A stretch of 64,000 bases of DNA from an uncultured archaeon (lineage in GTDB: Archaea; Thermoproteota; Nitrososphaeria; Nitrososphaerales; Gagatemarchaeaceae): contig CAWFOU010000007.1 in assembly GCA_963817525.1 (NCBI GenBank), positions 512,001 through 576,000 of the forward strand. Reading direction: 5' to 3'. Numbering within the stretch: the stretch's first letter is position 1; each line of letters starts with the position of its first letter. The translations under genes and the position numbers were made by a program. A model generated the notes under the pieces. It saw only the letters and a program-made list of their open reading frames with translations. It ran no database searches and was not told the DNA's origin. Shown here piece by piece: positions 1 to 10,421 of this stretch.

Positions 1-246
1 CCCCTTCGCGAGGATGGTGACGGTGATCCTTCCCTCCAGGAGGCTGATGAGCTCGTAGACCGCGCCGCACTTTGGGCACGGGAACTTCTTGCCCACCTCC
101 TTCTCGAAGGCGTTGAGAGCTATCTTGGTCGTGAAGTTGTTGGAGCACTCCGCGCACACCAGCCTGGCCTCCTGCCCTGACCCTGCAGCCTTCGCGGGCT
201 TTGCCTTTTTCGCGGTCGGCTTTTTCTTCTGTTTCTTGCTTGGCAA
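1..246 (-). CDS. Zinc-ribbon protein with Lys-rich N-terminus (runs off the left window edge)
   Basis: Manual translation from TTG at 246: MPSKKQKKK...CAEC...CPKC...; two CxxC pairs; not in the ORF track. Confidence 0.6.
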   Translation of the reverse strand, partial: MPSKKQKKKPTAKKAKPAKAAGSGQEARLVCAECSNNFTTKIALNAFEKEVGKKFPCPKCGAVYELISLLEGRITVTILAKG

Positions 247-376
247 CTGGGACGCTCGGGGTGGACTCTGGTGAGGCGTATTTATTTGATGCTGCGCGCA
301 ATCCTTCTCCGCGCACGGCTCGAAGTATTTGTTGTTCACCCCGGCTAAATAGCGTCGAGCGGTCAGATGGCTCGCA

Positions 377-865
377 TTGAACGTCAGGTACGGCCAGGTC
401 GAGCACGAGAGGCTCGGCGAGACCCTCAGGGCGGATGTAGAGAGAGGACGCGGAGGCAGGATCGCGCGTTATTTTGCGGAGAACGGGATACTATACCTGC
501 ATGAGGCAGCGGCGCCGAGGGATCGGCCGGTCTTCAAGCGAGATTTCGCGAAGCCGGACTTCTATCTCCCCGACTTCGGCGTCTACGTGGAGTACTGGGG
601 TATGGCGCACGTAGACCCGGAGTACGCGAGGGAGATGAGGCGGAGGATGGCCGTCTACAACACGCACAACATCAGGTTCATCAGCATCTTTCCGGAGGAC
701 CTTGGAAGGCTCGGCCTGGTCTTCCGCGCGAGGTTCAGGGAAGTGGCGGGGTTCGAGCTGCCCCACCCAGTCTCTAGGTCAGCCGTCCTCCTGTGCAGCC
801 GTTGCGGGACCGCACCGCCGCCCGACGTCAACTACTGCGAAAAGTGCCAGCGGCACTTGGCCTGA
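377..865 (+). CDS. Endonuclease-like domain protein with C-terminal zinc ribbon
   Basis: PDFYLPDFGVYVEYWG motif; CSRC...CEKC tail; paralog of the N-terminus of 19213..20445. Confidence 0.6.
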   Translation: MNVRYGQVEHERLGETLRADVERGRGGRIARYFAENGILYLHEAAAPRDRPVFKRDFAKPDFYLPDFGVYVEYWGMAHVDPEYAREMRRRMAVYNTHNIRFISIFPEDLGRLGLVFRARFREVAGFELPHPVSRSAVLLCSRCGTAPPPDVNYCEKCQRHLA

Positions 866-971
866 AGGGACTGCGTCCGGTTCGGCGTCCGGTGCCTTGG
901 GCGACTCTGGCATACCTACTTAGTAGCGCTTTACTACTACCTTTATTAGGCCCGGTGCCGTTCTGGGCTTT

Positions 972-2042
972 ATGACAGACATCTCGGGTTTGGTAAAGGG
1001 CCTGCACCACATTAGTCTGGTCACCACCGACCAGGAGCTCAACAGGCGGTTCTACACGGAGGTCCTCGGGCTGAGGCGGGTGAAGCTCACCGTCAACCAG
1101 GACGACCCCTTCCACCGGCATCTCTTCTACGCGGACGAGAAGGGGACGACGGGCACTGCGATAACCTTCTTCGAGTGGCCCGAGCTCCCGAGGGGCTATG
1201 TGGGCCTGGGCTCGCCGCACCACCTCTCCTACTCGGTCAGGGGCGTCGACTCGCTTCCAAGATGGGCTAGCTGGCTTAGGACCAACGGCGTGGGCGTCGC
1301 TGGGCCTCTCCAAAGGGACGATCGGCTGTCGCTCTATCTGAAGGACCCGGATGGAGTGCTCGTCGAGATCACCGCTAAGAACCCCGAGGGAGTCTCCTTG
1401 GACTACCTCCGCCAGCTCGAAGGCGACGAGGTCAAGGAGGTCACGGCCGACATGAGGCTGGTCAAGTTCGACCACGCGTCGCCGCTCTCGAGCGACTCCA
1501 ACGTCACGCACAAGTTCCTGAAAAACATCGTGGGCCTGGAGAGCTTCTCCCAAAGGCCCAACCCCGACCAGGAGGGCGCGTCGCTCGCCGAGGCGGGGAG
1601 CGCCGACAAGCCCGGCTTCATGAAGTACCTGACCTCGCCCGGGGCGAGGACGGGCATGGTCGGGAAGGGGAACATCCACCACATCGCGCTGGCGGTGGAG
1701 GAGGACGAGGACCAGCTCAGGATAAAGCGGAGGCTCGACGACGCGGGCATCAGGAACTCCGGGGTGATAGACAGGTTCTGGTTCAAGTCGCTCTACTTCA
1801 GGGACCCGGACTACAACCTCCTGGAGATCGCCACCAAGAAGCCCGGCTACGGGGTCGACGAGGCCCCGGAGAAGCTCGGAACGTCGCTGGTGCTCCCAAA
1901 GTGGCTGGAGGGCTCGCGCGGCGCGATAGAGGCCGCGTTGAAGGAGGCGGACAGCAAGGGCTCGCGGAAGTGGCCCCCGAAGTACGAGCCGGTCCCCTCG
2001 CCGCCAGAGAGCCTGCACGTGAGGCGCGAGCAGATTGCGTGA
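972..2042 (+). CDS. Ring-cleaving dioxygenase (VOC/glyoxalase, MhqO/PcpA-like)
   Basis: GLHHISL, TVNQDDP..HLFY, HHIAL, DRFWFKSLYFRDP..LEIAT motifs. Confidence 0.9.
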   Translation: MTDISGLVKGLHHISLVTTDQELNRRFYTEVLGLRRVKLTVNQDDPFHRHLFYADEKGTTGTAITFFEWPELPRGYVGLGSPHHLSYSVRGVDSLPRWASWLRTNGVGVAGPLQRDDRLSLYLKDPDGVLVEITAKNPEGVSLDYLRQLEGDEVKEVTADMRLVKFDHASPLSSDSNVTHKFLKNIVGLESFSQRPNPDQEGASLAEAGSADKPGFMKYLTSPGARTGMVGKGNIHHIALAVEEDEDQLRIKRRLDDAGIRNSGVIDRFWFKSLYFRDPDYNLLEIATKKPGYGVDEAPEKLGTSLVLPKWLEGSRGAIEAALKEADSKGSRKWPPKYEPVPSPPESLHVRREQIA

Positions 2043-2667
2043 CCTCGGCTTCGTCCACAAGTTCGTCCCTCCCTCGGGCGGGTCGCAGCTCACCCTACTG
2101 CTCCTACACGGCACTGGGGGCAACGAGGGCGACCTCATCCAGCTCGGGCACGAGCTCTCACCGGGCGCGGCTCTGCTGAGCCCGCGGGGCAAGGTCCTCG
2201 AGAACGGGATGCCACGCTTCTTCCGCAGGCTGGGCGAGGGAATCTTCGACATCAACGACCTCAACGACCAGACGCACAATCTGGCGGTCTTCGTGAGGGA
2301 GGCCTCCGAGGCCTACGGCTTTCACCTGGGCAAGGTGGTCGCGGTGGGATACTCAAACGGCGCGAACATCGCGGGTAGCGCGCTCATACTTCATCCAGAG
2401 ACGCTGGCCGGCGCTGTCCTCTTCCGCCCCATGGTCCCCTTCGTTCCAGACACCATGCCTCGCCTCTCGCGCAAACCCATTCTCATCATGGCGGGCTCAC
2501 GGGACAGCATCGTCCCGAAGGACGAGACGGAGCGCCTCGCGGGCCTGCTCGAGCGGGCCGATGGCGACGTCACCCTCCTCTGGGCCGACGCGACGCATGG
2601 GATTACAGGAGGCGAAATCTCTGCGGCGAGAGAGTGGCTGGCTTCCAAATTCCTCAACGCAGCCTAG
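2035..2667 (+). CDS. Alpha/beta hydrolase (MhqD-like carboxylesterase)
   Basis: LLHGTGGNE, GYSNGANIA nucleophile elbow; overlaps the dioxygenase stop. Confidence 0.88.
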   Translation: MRDLGFVHKFVPPSGGSQLTLLLLHGTGGNEGDLIQLGHELSPGAALLSPRGKVLENGMPRFFRRLGEGIFDINDLNDQTHNLAVFVREASEAYGFHLGKVVAVGYSNGANIAGSALILHPETLAGAVLFRPMVPFVPDTMPRLSRKPILIMAGSRDSIVPKDETERLAGLLERADGDVTLLWADATHGITGGEISAAREWLASKFLNAA

Positions 2668-4589
2668 TCGAGCGGGAGGCCGACCGACCTCAGGAGGTCC
2701 CGGTATCTCTTGGTCTTCTTCACGGGCCCCCAGAGAGGGTCCCCCCTCAGCCAGGAGACGAACGCCTCCTTCTTCGAGAAGGCGTACTCGAGCCAGTCCA
2801 ACGAAGCCTCGATGTCCCCGAGCGCGACGAAGACCAGCGCAATCAGCTCCCCCTTGACCCGTTGCCCCTCGGGGACTTTTTTGAGCTTCTCGACGAGCTC
2901 CAAAGCTTCCGCCCTCTTTCCGCTCATCGCGTAGATGTAGGCGAGGTCTGCATCGAGGTAAGGGTCGGCGGGGTCACGTTCGATCATCCTCCGCAAGGCG
3001 AGCAGGGCCCCCTCCCAGTCCTTGTGGTGGAACGCTAGGACCATGAGCGCCTCATCCACGCTGGGAGCGTCGAGCTGCCTGAGCTTGCGTATCCTCTTCT
3101 CCGCCTCGTCGAGCCTGCCGCTGTGGATCATCCTATAGAAGACGCTCAGCGTCACCCTTGGGGAAAGTGGGTCGAGCTCCTCGGCGATGAGCGCCTGCCG
3201 GACGGACTCCTGCTGGCGCCCGAAGCTCTCCAAGCTAATGGAATACCAGATGCGTCCCGTCGCGTAGCTGGGGTTGGTCTCCACCGCCTTTCGCAGCTGC
3301 GTCTCCGCTTCGACGAACCTGTATTGGAAGAAGAGCAAGGTGCCGAGGGAGACCCTTGCCTCGGCCTGGTCGGGGTCGAGCGAGAGCGCCTTGGTGAGGT
3401 ACTTTTGCGCCTGCTTGAGTGCCGTGGGGACCGGCGAGAAGAGGTAGTCCCCGAGCATGATCATCGCGTCGGCCATTCCCACGTAGGCCTTTGCGTAATT
3501 CCCGTCGGCCCTGATCGCCGCCTCGAACTGCGCCTTCGCGAGCGGGATCGACTGGTCCGACCCCTCCGTGAGGAGGCTCCTCCCTTTGAGGTACGCGATG
3601 TGGGCAGGTACGCTCTCTGTCTCTTTGATCTGCCTCCTCTCCGCTCCGCGGGCGGCCAGCCTTGACTTCAGCGCCTCAGCGACCCGGGCGGCCATGTCCC
3701 TCTGGATAGAGAAGACGTTGTCAAGGTCCTTCTCGTACCTTTCTGACCAGACCTCCTCCTGAGACCCGGTGTCGACCAGGCGGGCGGTCACCCTCACCCG
3801 GTTTCCCGCCTTCCGTACTGAGCCTTCGAGCAAGTGCGAGACACTCAGCTCCGCGCCGATCTGCCCCGCGCCCTTCGAGGTACCTCTGTAGCGCTCGACC
3901 GAGGTCCTCGCGATAACCATTACCCCGCCGACCCCCGAGAGCTCCGAGATCAGCTCCTCGGTCAGGCCGTCCGCGAAGTAGGCATCGCGCTGGTCGGGGC
4001 TGATGTTCGCAAAGGGAAGGACTGCGATCCGGCCGGTCTGCTTTGGCGCCGGCACCTCGGACGGTGCGCGCCTGCCGGCGAGGAGGTAGAGCTCGACCTG
4101 CGACTCGATTCCTCTGAGCCTGCGCGTGGGGAGCCTCTCCGCCTCCACGTCGACCTTGTTGCGCACCTGGTCGTACACGGGCCCTGAGACGCAGACCTCG
4201 CCGCCCTGGGCCTCTTCGACTATCCTGGAGGCGATGTTTACCGCGTCTCCGAAGAGATCCCCGCCCCGGCTGATGACGTCTCCTACATGGATCCCGATCC
4301 TTACCGAGACGCCCTCCCCCGAGCGCCCTTCGTTGGCGGACCCCATGAGCTCCCTCTGGGCTTCTAACGCGAAGCGGACCGCCTCCAGCGCGCTGGGGAA
4401 CTCCAGTAGGAACGCGTCCCCGATGGTCTTGACCTCGCGCCCGCCGTGGCGCCCCATCGCCCCCCTGACGATGGAGTTGTGCGAGTCGAGGAGCCTCATC
4501 GCGAGGGCCTCGTTCTGCTCCGAGAACGCGGAGTACCCCACGATGTCCGTGAAGACTATGGCGGCGAGGCGCCTAACCTCCTTCGGCAT
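2664..4589 (-). CDS. Class III adenylate/guanylate cyclase with TolB-N-like domain and TPR repeats
   Basis: FTDIVGYS, KTIGDA, RIGIHVGDV, GDAVNIASR; IAVLPFANIS...YFADGLTEE; helical repeats. Confidence 0.9.
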   Translation of the reverse strand: MPKEVRRLAAIVFTDIVGYSAFSEQNEALAMRLLDSHNSIVRGAMGRHGGREVKTIGDAFLLEFPSALEAVRFALEAQRELMGSANEGRSGEGVSVRIGIHVGDVISRGGDLFGDAVNIASRIVEEAQGGEVCVSGPVYDQVRNKVDVEAERLPTRRLRGIESQVELYLLAGRRAPSEVPAPKQTGRIAVLPFANISPDQRDAYFADGLTEELISELSGVGGVMVIARTSVERYRGTSKGAGQIGAELSVSHLLEGSVRKAGNRVRVTARLVDTGSQEEVWSERYEKDLDNVFSIQRDMAARVAEALKSRLAARGAERRQIKETESVPAHIAYLKGRSLLTEGSDQSIPLAKAQFEAAIRADGNYAKAYVGMADAMIMLGDYLFSPVPTALKQAQKYLTKALSLDPDQAEARVSLGTLLFFQYRFVEAETQLRKAVETNPSYATGRIWYSISLESFGRQQESVRQALIAEELDPLSPRVTLSVFYRMIHSGRLDEAEKRIRKLRQLDAPSVDEALMVLAFHHKDWEGALLALRRMIERDPADPYLDADLAYIYAMSGKRAEALELVEKLKKVPEGQRVKGELIALVFVALGDIEASLDWLEYAFSKKEAFVSWLRGDPLWGPVKKTKRYRDLLRSVGLPLD

Positions 4590-4787
4590 TTGGTCCAGGC
4601 GAACGGTGCGCGAGAATAAAGATTTTGTTGACGAAGCCGGACCGATTACTCGGTGTAGATTAGCATGGGCTGGTGTGTTGGGGCACCTTCCAGATGGGTT
4701 CCCGCCTCGGTCACATCGGCAAAATCGGCCAGACGCATCCTCGCGAGCTTAAATCCGCACGACCCCCGACCGAGCTCCTCCTACCAA

Positions 4788-6623
4788 ATGAAGTTCTGTC
4801 CCAAGTGCGGCAAGCGCCTCAGGCTCCTGACTGGAAAGTTCCGCGGCCAGGCGTTCTGCCCCGAGTGCGGCACCCGAGTGAGCGCGGCCGAGATGCTCGA
4901 GGCGCCTCAGGTGGAGGCCGTGAGGACGCCGCTCGTGCGGTCGTTCCCCTACGGCGCGATGAGGCCGTACCAGAAGGACGTCCTGGAGAAGATCGAGGCG
5001 GCGCTGGGCTCCGGGAAGAAGTTCATCATCCTCGAGGCGCCGGTGGGGTTCGGCAAGTCGGCGGTCGCGGCCGCTCTCTGCCGCCACCTCAGGTCGGCCT
5101 ACGTCCTCACCTCGACGAAGCAGCTCCAGGAGCAGTACTCCGCAGACTTTGGGTTCACCACAGTGATGGGCAAGTCGAACTTCACGTGCCTAGTCCCCAC
5201 CAGCTCCGGGAGGCTGGTGGCGTGCAGCAAGGGGAGGTGCGAGGCCGACTGGAGCCTCTCCGACTGCCCGCACTACCTGTCCTTCGACCAGTACGAGGCC
5301 CACCTCAAGGGGCTGTGCGATAAGAGGGAATCCAAGTGCGAGAAGGACTATAGGACCGCCGGGGAGGGGAAGCTCTGCACCTACTACAAGCAAAAGTGGG
5401 ACTCGTTCAGGCAGAAGGTCACCGTAGGCAACTACGCCTTCTTCTTCAGCGAGCTTAGGTTCACCGAGGACGTCAGGAAGAGGAAGCTGCTGGTCTGCGA
5501 CGAGGCGCACGACCTGGAGAGGCAGCTCGTCGGCTCCGCCTCCTTCACGCTGAAGGCGTCCACCATACGCCAGTACCCCTCGGGCGCGGAAAAGGAGTTC
5601 GCAATCCCCTACGAGGAGGGGATGGACACGCACGCCGAGGATTGGCTCAAGGCCCTCGGCGCGGCGAAGGACACGCTGCAGGGCTACTATGACGCTCACG
5701 ACGGCGACCTCACGATGCAAGACAGGCTCACCTCGTGCAGGGGGATGCTCGAGTCCCTGGAGGGGTTCATCGACGCGCTCAAGTCCGACCAGGAGAACTG
5801 GGTGGTTTGCGACATGAGGAGGTCGACCACCATGGACGCCTACGGGGGAGGTTCGACGCTGGTGGACGAGGTCGTCTTCCAGCCGTTGGACGTCTCGGCC
5901 TACACCTCGCAGCTCTTCGACGCCGCCGAGACGGTGCTCTTGATGTCGGCGACGGTCTTCTCGGATCAGCTCCTTTGCAGGACGCTGGGGATACCTGAGG
6001 AGAGGGCCCACTTCATCAGGGTCTCCGAGTCCTCGTTCCCCGTCGAGAACAGGAGGATCCATCCGATGGACGTCGCGCAGCTCAGCTGGGCGACCATGAA
6101 CTCCTCGATGGACGGCATCGCGAAGGCCGTCGACGAGGTGATGGACAGGCACGCGGGCGAGAGGGGCGTCGTCCATACCACATCCTACCAGCAGGCCAAC
6201 TACATCATCGAGCACGTCTCCGAACACAACAGGGGACGGCTCGTCACCACTGAGGGGAGCGCGGCGAGGTCCGAGCTGCTTCACGCCCACGGGGCGACGG
6301 AGGCCTCGGTGCTCATCTCGCCGAGCCTCTACCAGGGGGTCGACCTGAAGGACGACCTAGCGAGGTTCCAGGTGATCGTGAAGGTCCCCTTCTCCGACCT
6401 CTCCGACAGGAGGACCCAGGTCAAGATGCACAGGGACAGGGGCTGGTACGATTATCAGACCGCGGTGCGTCTAGTGCAGACCTACGGAAGGCCTGTGAGA
6501 AGCGAGACCGACCATGCGGAAACCTATATCCTCGACTCGAACTTCACAAGCTTCGTCAAGGCACACCGGGAGATGTTCCCGCAGTACTTCCTGGACGCGC
6601 TCTCCGACCCAGGAATGCCCTAG
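4788..6623 (+). CDS. Rad3/DinG-family SF2 DNA helicase with N-terminal zinc ribbon
   Basis: EAPVGFGKS, DEAH, SAT, QTYGRPVR; Cys cluster; start placed at ATG 4788 (MKFCPKC). Confidence 0.85.
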   Translation: MKFCPKCGKRLRLLTGKFRGQAFCPECGTRVSAAEMLEAPQVEAVRTPLVRSFPYGAMRPYQKDVLEKIEAALGSGKKFIILEAPVGFGKSAVAAALCRHLRSAYVLTSTKQLQEQYSADFGFTTVMGKSNFTCLVPTSSGRLVACSKGRCEADWSLSDCPHYLSFDQYEAHLKGLCDKRESKCEKDYRTAGEGKLCTYYKQKWDSFRQKVTVGNYAFFFSELRFTEDVRKRKLLVCDEAHDLERQLVGSASFTLKASTIRQYPSGAEKEFAIPYEEGMDTHAEDWLKALGAAKDTLQGYYDAHDGDLTMQDRLTSCRGMLESLEGFIDALKSDQENWVVCDMRRSTTMDAYGGGSTLVDEVVFQPLDVSAYTSQLFDAAETVLLMSATVFSDQLLCRTLGIPEERAHFIRVSESSFPVENRRIHPMDVAQLSWATMNSSMDGIAKAVDEVMDRHAGERGVVHTTSYQQANYIIEHVSEHNRGRLVTTEGSAARSELLHAHGATEASVLISPSLYQGVDLKDDLARFQVIVKVPFSDLSDRRTQVKMHRDRGWYDYQTAVRLVQTYGRPVRSETDHAETYILDSNFTSFVKAHREMFPQYFLDALSDPGMP

Positions 6624-7018
6624 CTTTCGGAGGGCCACATCTTTCTTCTGAGGTCGATTATGCCTTAGCTGTCTTGCGTATTCTGGGAATGATTCAGGGT
6701 CCCTGTACCACGCTCTCGGCAACCTCTTCCTGTACGCAGCTTCAACGTTTGCGAGAAACAGGCGCAGGTCTTCGTCTGACATTTCCGCTACCTCTCACGG
6801 CTCTATCCACCCTTTCCTCATACCATTTCATGGGCTTCTTCAGCGCATCCTTGAGTAGCCTTTCGAACTCCTCGTCTTCCGGAATGCTGACTGTCAAGTT
6901 CTGCCTCTTCTCATTGATGCACGAGGAGCTAGATAAACGCCTTCATCGAGACCTAATGCTACGACTATGGGACGTCCGCGCCGTAGGATGCGCCCTCCTA
7001 GCGATGATCTCTTCCGAA

Positions 7019-7294
7019 TCAGGCCTCGATCATCGGGACGTGCATCGGCGCTCTCACATCTTTCAGCACGACCGAGATGGCTGTGGCCCTTATCCCTTCG
7101 ATGCTCCTGATCTTTTCCCTGAGGATCTCCCCGAACTCCGCGCTGTCGGCGGCCGAGATTAGCGCCACTACGTCAAACTCCCCCGTGACCTCGAAAAGAG
7201 CCTCCAGGTTGTCGAGCTTGCTGAGCGCGCGCTCGACGGCGTCGAGGCGTGTTGACTCTGCGAAAATCTGTACGAGCGCGGTGAAGCGAGCCAA
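7019..7294 (-). CDS. Lrp/AsnC ligand-binding (RAM) domain protein
   Basis: FEVTGEFDVVA...KIRSIEGI. Confidence 0.8.
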   Translation of the reverse strand: MARFTALVQIFAESTRLDAVERALSKLDNLEALFEVTGEFDVVALISAADSAEFGEILREKIRSIEGIRATAISVVLKDVRAPMHVPMIEA

Positions 7295-7428
7295 TCGATC
7301 TCCTCGACGGCTCTCAACCCACGATATCGGGTATTACGCCTGGCAATCGAAATTGTTTCTCCTGTGGGTCAGGAGCATTACATCTGTTTGGATTCGCTTC
7401 AGCCGGTCCAGGACCCGGGGGTAGCGTG

Positions 7429-8169
7429 CTAGGCGTTCACGGTGGCGGTCCCGTCCGCGGCTATCGTGAACTGGACGGCCACCAGAGCACCCCACTCGTC
7501 GCCTGCGACGGCCGTGTAGGTGCCAGGCGGCAGGGGCGCGGGCGAGGAGAGCATGCTGCCTCCGCCCGAGTAGAGGCCCGTCGCGTTCACCATGGAGAGC
7601 ATCTCTGTGGCGTTCCCGCTGCCGGGGAGGATGAGGGCCATGTCGCTCGCCGGCTGGAAGAGGTAGCCCGTCACCAGCCTAATGAACATGGGGCAGGGGA
7701 CGATTGGATAGATCTGGAGTGGCTGGGCGAGGGACAGGTTAGCGGCCGAGTACGCCCCGCTGTAGAGCGCCACCCCGTACGGCGAGGCGAACCTCCCGCA
7801 AGAGCCGAGGGAGAGGCCGTCGAGCGCGAACTCCGTGGATGCGGAGGCGTTGTTGGCCTTGGGGAGAGTGTTGTACTCGTCCGCGACCATGCTGACCATC
7901 ACGCTGCCGTTGGCCCCGTCCCCGGGGTAGAACCTGAGCGCCAGCTGGACCTGGAGGCCGTTGGGGTCGGTCGAGTTGAAAGTCCCCGAGCCTGTCGCGT
8001 TAATCGCGAAAGTGCTGGAGATGCTGCTAGCGGAGGCGCTCGTCGTGGTCTGCGTCGCCGTCCCCTGGAGTCCGCCCTGCTGGCTCGCGAGGATCCCCGA
8101 GACCACTATGACCACGATGACCACGGTCGCCGCGAAGGCAGAGCTCGCTTTCAACCTCGTTCGACCCAC
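7429..8169 (-). CDS. Secreted/membrane-anchored hypothetical protein
   Basis: N-terminal hydrophobic segment, Ser/Thr linker, GTYTAVAGDEWG C-terminal motif. Confidence 0.65.
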   Translation of the reverse strand: MGRTRLKASSAFAATVVIVVIVVSGILASQQGGLQGTATQTTTSASASSISSTFAINATGSGTFNSTDPNGLQVQLALRFYPGDGANGSVMVSMVADEYNTLPKANNASASTEFALDGLSLGSCGRFASPYGVALYSGAYSAANLSLAQPLQIYPIVPCPMFIRLVTGYLFQPASDMALILPGSGNATEMLSMVNATGLYSGGGSMLSSPAPLPPGTYTAVAGDEWGALVAVQFTIAADGTATVNA

Positions 8170-8250
8170 AGTGGGATGGGCGGGGTAATAATCCTAGAGG
8201 GCAGAACGGCCTGTTCTGCTAAAATATCGCAGGTCCCAGCGTGCCGCGAC

Positions 8251-8670
8251 ATGCCCGCGAAAGTGGTGACGACGAGCTTCGAGGTCGAGACCGAGCTAGA
8301 GAACCAGATGGTCGACATCACGAAGAAGGTCAGGGAGGCCGCGTCGGCCCTCTCAGACGGGCTGGCGACCGTGTTCGTCGTCGGCTCCACGGCGGCGGTC
8401 GTCACGATGGAGTGCGAGCCCGGGCTCGTCATGGACTTCCCCGCCATGCTGGAGCGGGTCGCCCCGAAGGACGTCGGCTACGAGCACCATCGCAAGTGGC
8501 ACGACGCGAACGGGTATTCGCACGTGAAGGCCTCGCTCCTCGGGCCGAGCCTGTCGATCCCCATTGTGGGCGGGGAGCTCGTCCTGGGAGAGTGGCAGCA
8601 GGTGGTGCTCGTGGAGCTCGACATCAGGCCGCGCACCCGGAAGGTCGTCGTCCAGCTCATCGGGGAGTAG
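8251..8670 (+). CDS. yjbQ: YjbQ/UPF0047 family protein
   Basis: DIT, GSTAA..E, ANGYSHVKASLLG, LGEWQQV; start at ATG 8251. Confidence 0.88.
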   Translation: MPAKVVTTSFEVETELENQMVDITKKVREAASALSDGLATVFVVGSTAAVVTMECEPGLVMDFPAMLERVAPKDVGYEHHRKWHDANGYSHVKASLLGPSLSIPIVGGELVLGEWQQVVLVELDIRPRTRKVVVQLIGE

Positions 8671-8862
8671 CTCCTGGTCGATGCGCCGAATTCCGGAGAT
8701 TGCATAAAGAAACGGGCCCCTCACGAAGGTAGTTCTATAATCTCAGTCGACGTGAACAGGGCATTGAGCCTGCCAGCCCGCGAAGGGTCTCAGACCGCGA
8801 GCCTTTCCGACGTTGTCGGTGGTGTCAGACGAGGGCGGCTTGCCAAGTGAGAATCGAGGAGG

Positions 8863-9204
8863 ATGCGAAGCGCAGACCAGCTGTTCGAGCAGGCTGGGAA
8901 AGTTGCAGGCTACCCGGAGTGCGTCGTGAAACAGGGAAACGGAGTGACGTATCGCGAAATCAAGACGAGCGCCAGCGTCCAGAAGGGGTCGACCAGGTAC
9001 CTGAAGTCGTTCTCGTTCTCATCAGGTAAGAAGATAAAGTGGGACGCCAGGCATCTTCTTTTGGAGGAGCAGCTTGAAGAAGAAGACAACAGGGTATGGA
9101 AGGTAGTGGCGTGTGAGATGCGCTACCTCTCAACCGAGTTCAACGTGAGGTTCAGTGACCTCGTTGGCGTGCGGCTCTTCGGCTCCTCGGACGCCGTTGG
9201 CTGA
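8863..9204 (+). CDS. Hypothetical protein
   Basis: 113-aa ORF ending 4 nt before the regulator start. Confidence 0.5.
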   Translation: MRSADQLFEQAGKVAGYPECVVKQGNGVTYREIKTSASVQKGSTRYLKSFSFSSGKKIKWDARHLLLEEQLEEEDNRVWKVVACEMRYLSTEFNVRFSDLVGVRLFGSSDAVG

Positions 9205-9208
9205 GACT

Positions 9209-10396
9209 ATGGAGGACATGAAGAGATCTGAATCTCCGAGGCGGAGGCTCAACCGGGAGCTCGTACGGATGGCGCACTGCCTCGCGGAGGTAGGGCCCAG
9301 CGTCAACGAGATCGCCAGACGCACCGGGCAGTACAAAGAGACGGTGCGCTACAGGTACCACAGGTTCTTCCTGGATAAGGGCATCACAATCCAGGCAGTC
9401 CCAAGCTATACCAAGCTCGGGTTCAAGAGGCTCATAATCATAGCGAAGCTCGCCCGTTCCTCGGAAGCCAACGCGGAATCGATCTTCATGGAGCTGTGCG
9501 AGTATTGCTATCTTCACAGCTTCACTCGCGTCCTGCTCACGGGCCGGTACGTCATCCACGTCGCAGTGCCGTCAGAGCTAGCTGGGAGGTGCTCCGCGGT
9601 CTATCGGAGTCTGCAAGAATCAGGGTTGTTCACGGAAATGGAGATCCTGGAGTTCGACGAGATGAGGAATCCGCCTATGAAACCAGAGCTGTTCGACTTT
9701 GTCCGGGGGACGTGGTCGTTCGACTGGGATTCGGTCCGCGCCAATGACCTGGAGCTGCCGGTGAGCGTCAGGCCGAAGGTCGAGAGATACGACAGGGTCG
9801 ACCTGCTAATCTTGAAGGAGCTCGACATCGACGCGAGCAGGACACTGGTGAAAATGGCGGAAAACGTGAAGGTGAGCTTGAACGCACTAGAGTTTCACTA
9901 TCGCGACCACGTCAATGCCCGGGGCCTGATCAAGGGCTATCGGCTGGTCTGGCAGGGGACCAAGTACGACCGGGAGCAAAGGAAGGTCATCTCTAGGAAG
10001 GAGTTCTACATAGAGCTCACAATCCTCCTAAAGGGCGGCACGCGTGAGGAGGTCGTCGAGCTAATGTTGCTCCTCAACAAGACGCCGTTCCTTTGGAGCG
10101 AGGCCCATGGAGCGTCGTATTGTGCCGAGGTCTTCCTCCCCCACTACGCCTACGAGGGGTTTCTGGAATACATGGACGAGTTCGCCACGAGTGCGGGAGA
10201 GAAGCTGAGCATCTTCGTAATGGACCAGAGCCGCGCGATGAGGTTCGTATTACAATACGACCTCTTCGACGCCGTGTCGAGAAAATGGCTCCTGGACCCG
10301 CACGCGATTCCGAAGGCGTTGGAGAGCCTGGCCGCCACTACCGGCAAGGAGAGGCGCCCAGGGGAGAATGAATCCAAGAAGCTCCTTAACTCTTAA
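9209..10396 (+). CDS. Tandem Lrp/AsnC-like transcriptional regulator (two HTH modules)
   Basis: SVNEIARRTG..KETVRYR; DRVDLLILKEL..DASRTLVKMAE. Confidence 0.75.
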   Translation: MEDMKRSESPRRRLNRELVRMAHCLAEVGPSVNEIARRTGQYKETVRYRYHRFFLDKGITIQAVPSYTKLGFKRLIIIAKLARSSEANAESIFMELCEYCYLHSFTRVLLTGRYVIHVAVPSELAGRCSAVYRSLQESGLFTEMEILEFDEMRNPPMKPELFDFVRGTWSFDWDSVRANDLELPVSVRPKVERYDRVDLLILKELDIDASRTLVKMAENVKVSLNALEFHYRDHVNARGLIKGYRLVWQGTKYDREQRKVISRKEFYIELTILLKGGTREEVVELMLLLNKTPFLWSEAHGASYCAEVFLPHYAYEGFLEYMDEFATSAGEKLSIFVMDQSRAMRFVLQYDLFDAVSRKWLLDPHAIPKALESLAATTGKERRPGENESKKLLNS

Positions 10397-10421
10397 ATTC
10401 CTTCGAGAAGCCTTCGACCTC

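Noticed and set aside
6624-6920. Possible decayed toxin-antitoxin pair on the minus strand
   Set aside because: Only a vague resemblance in two short overlapping frames
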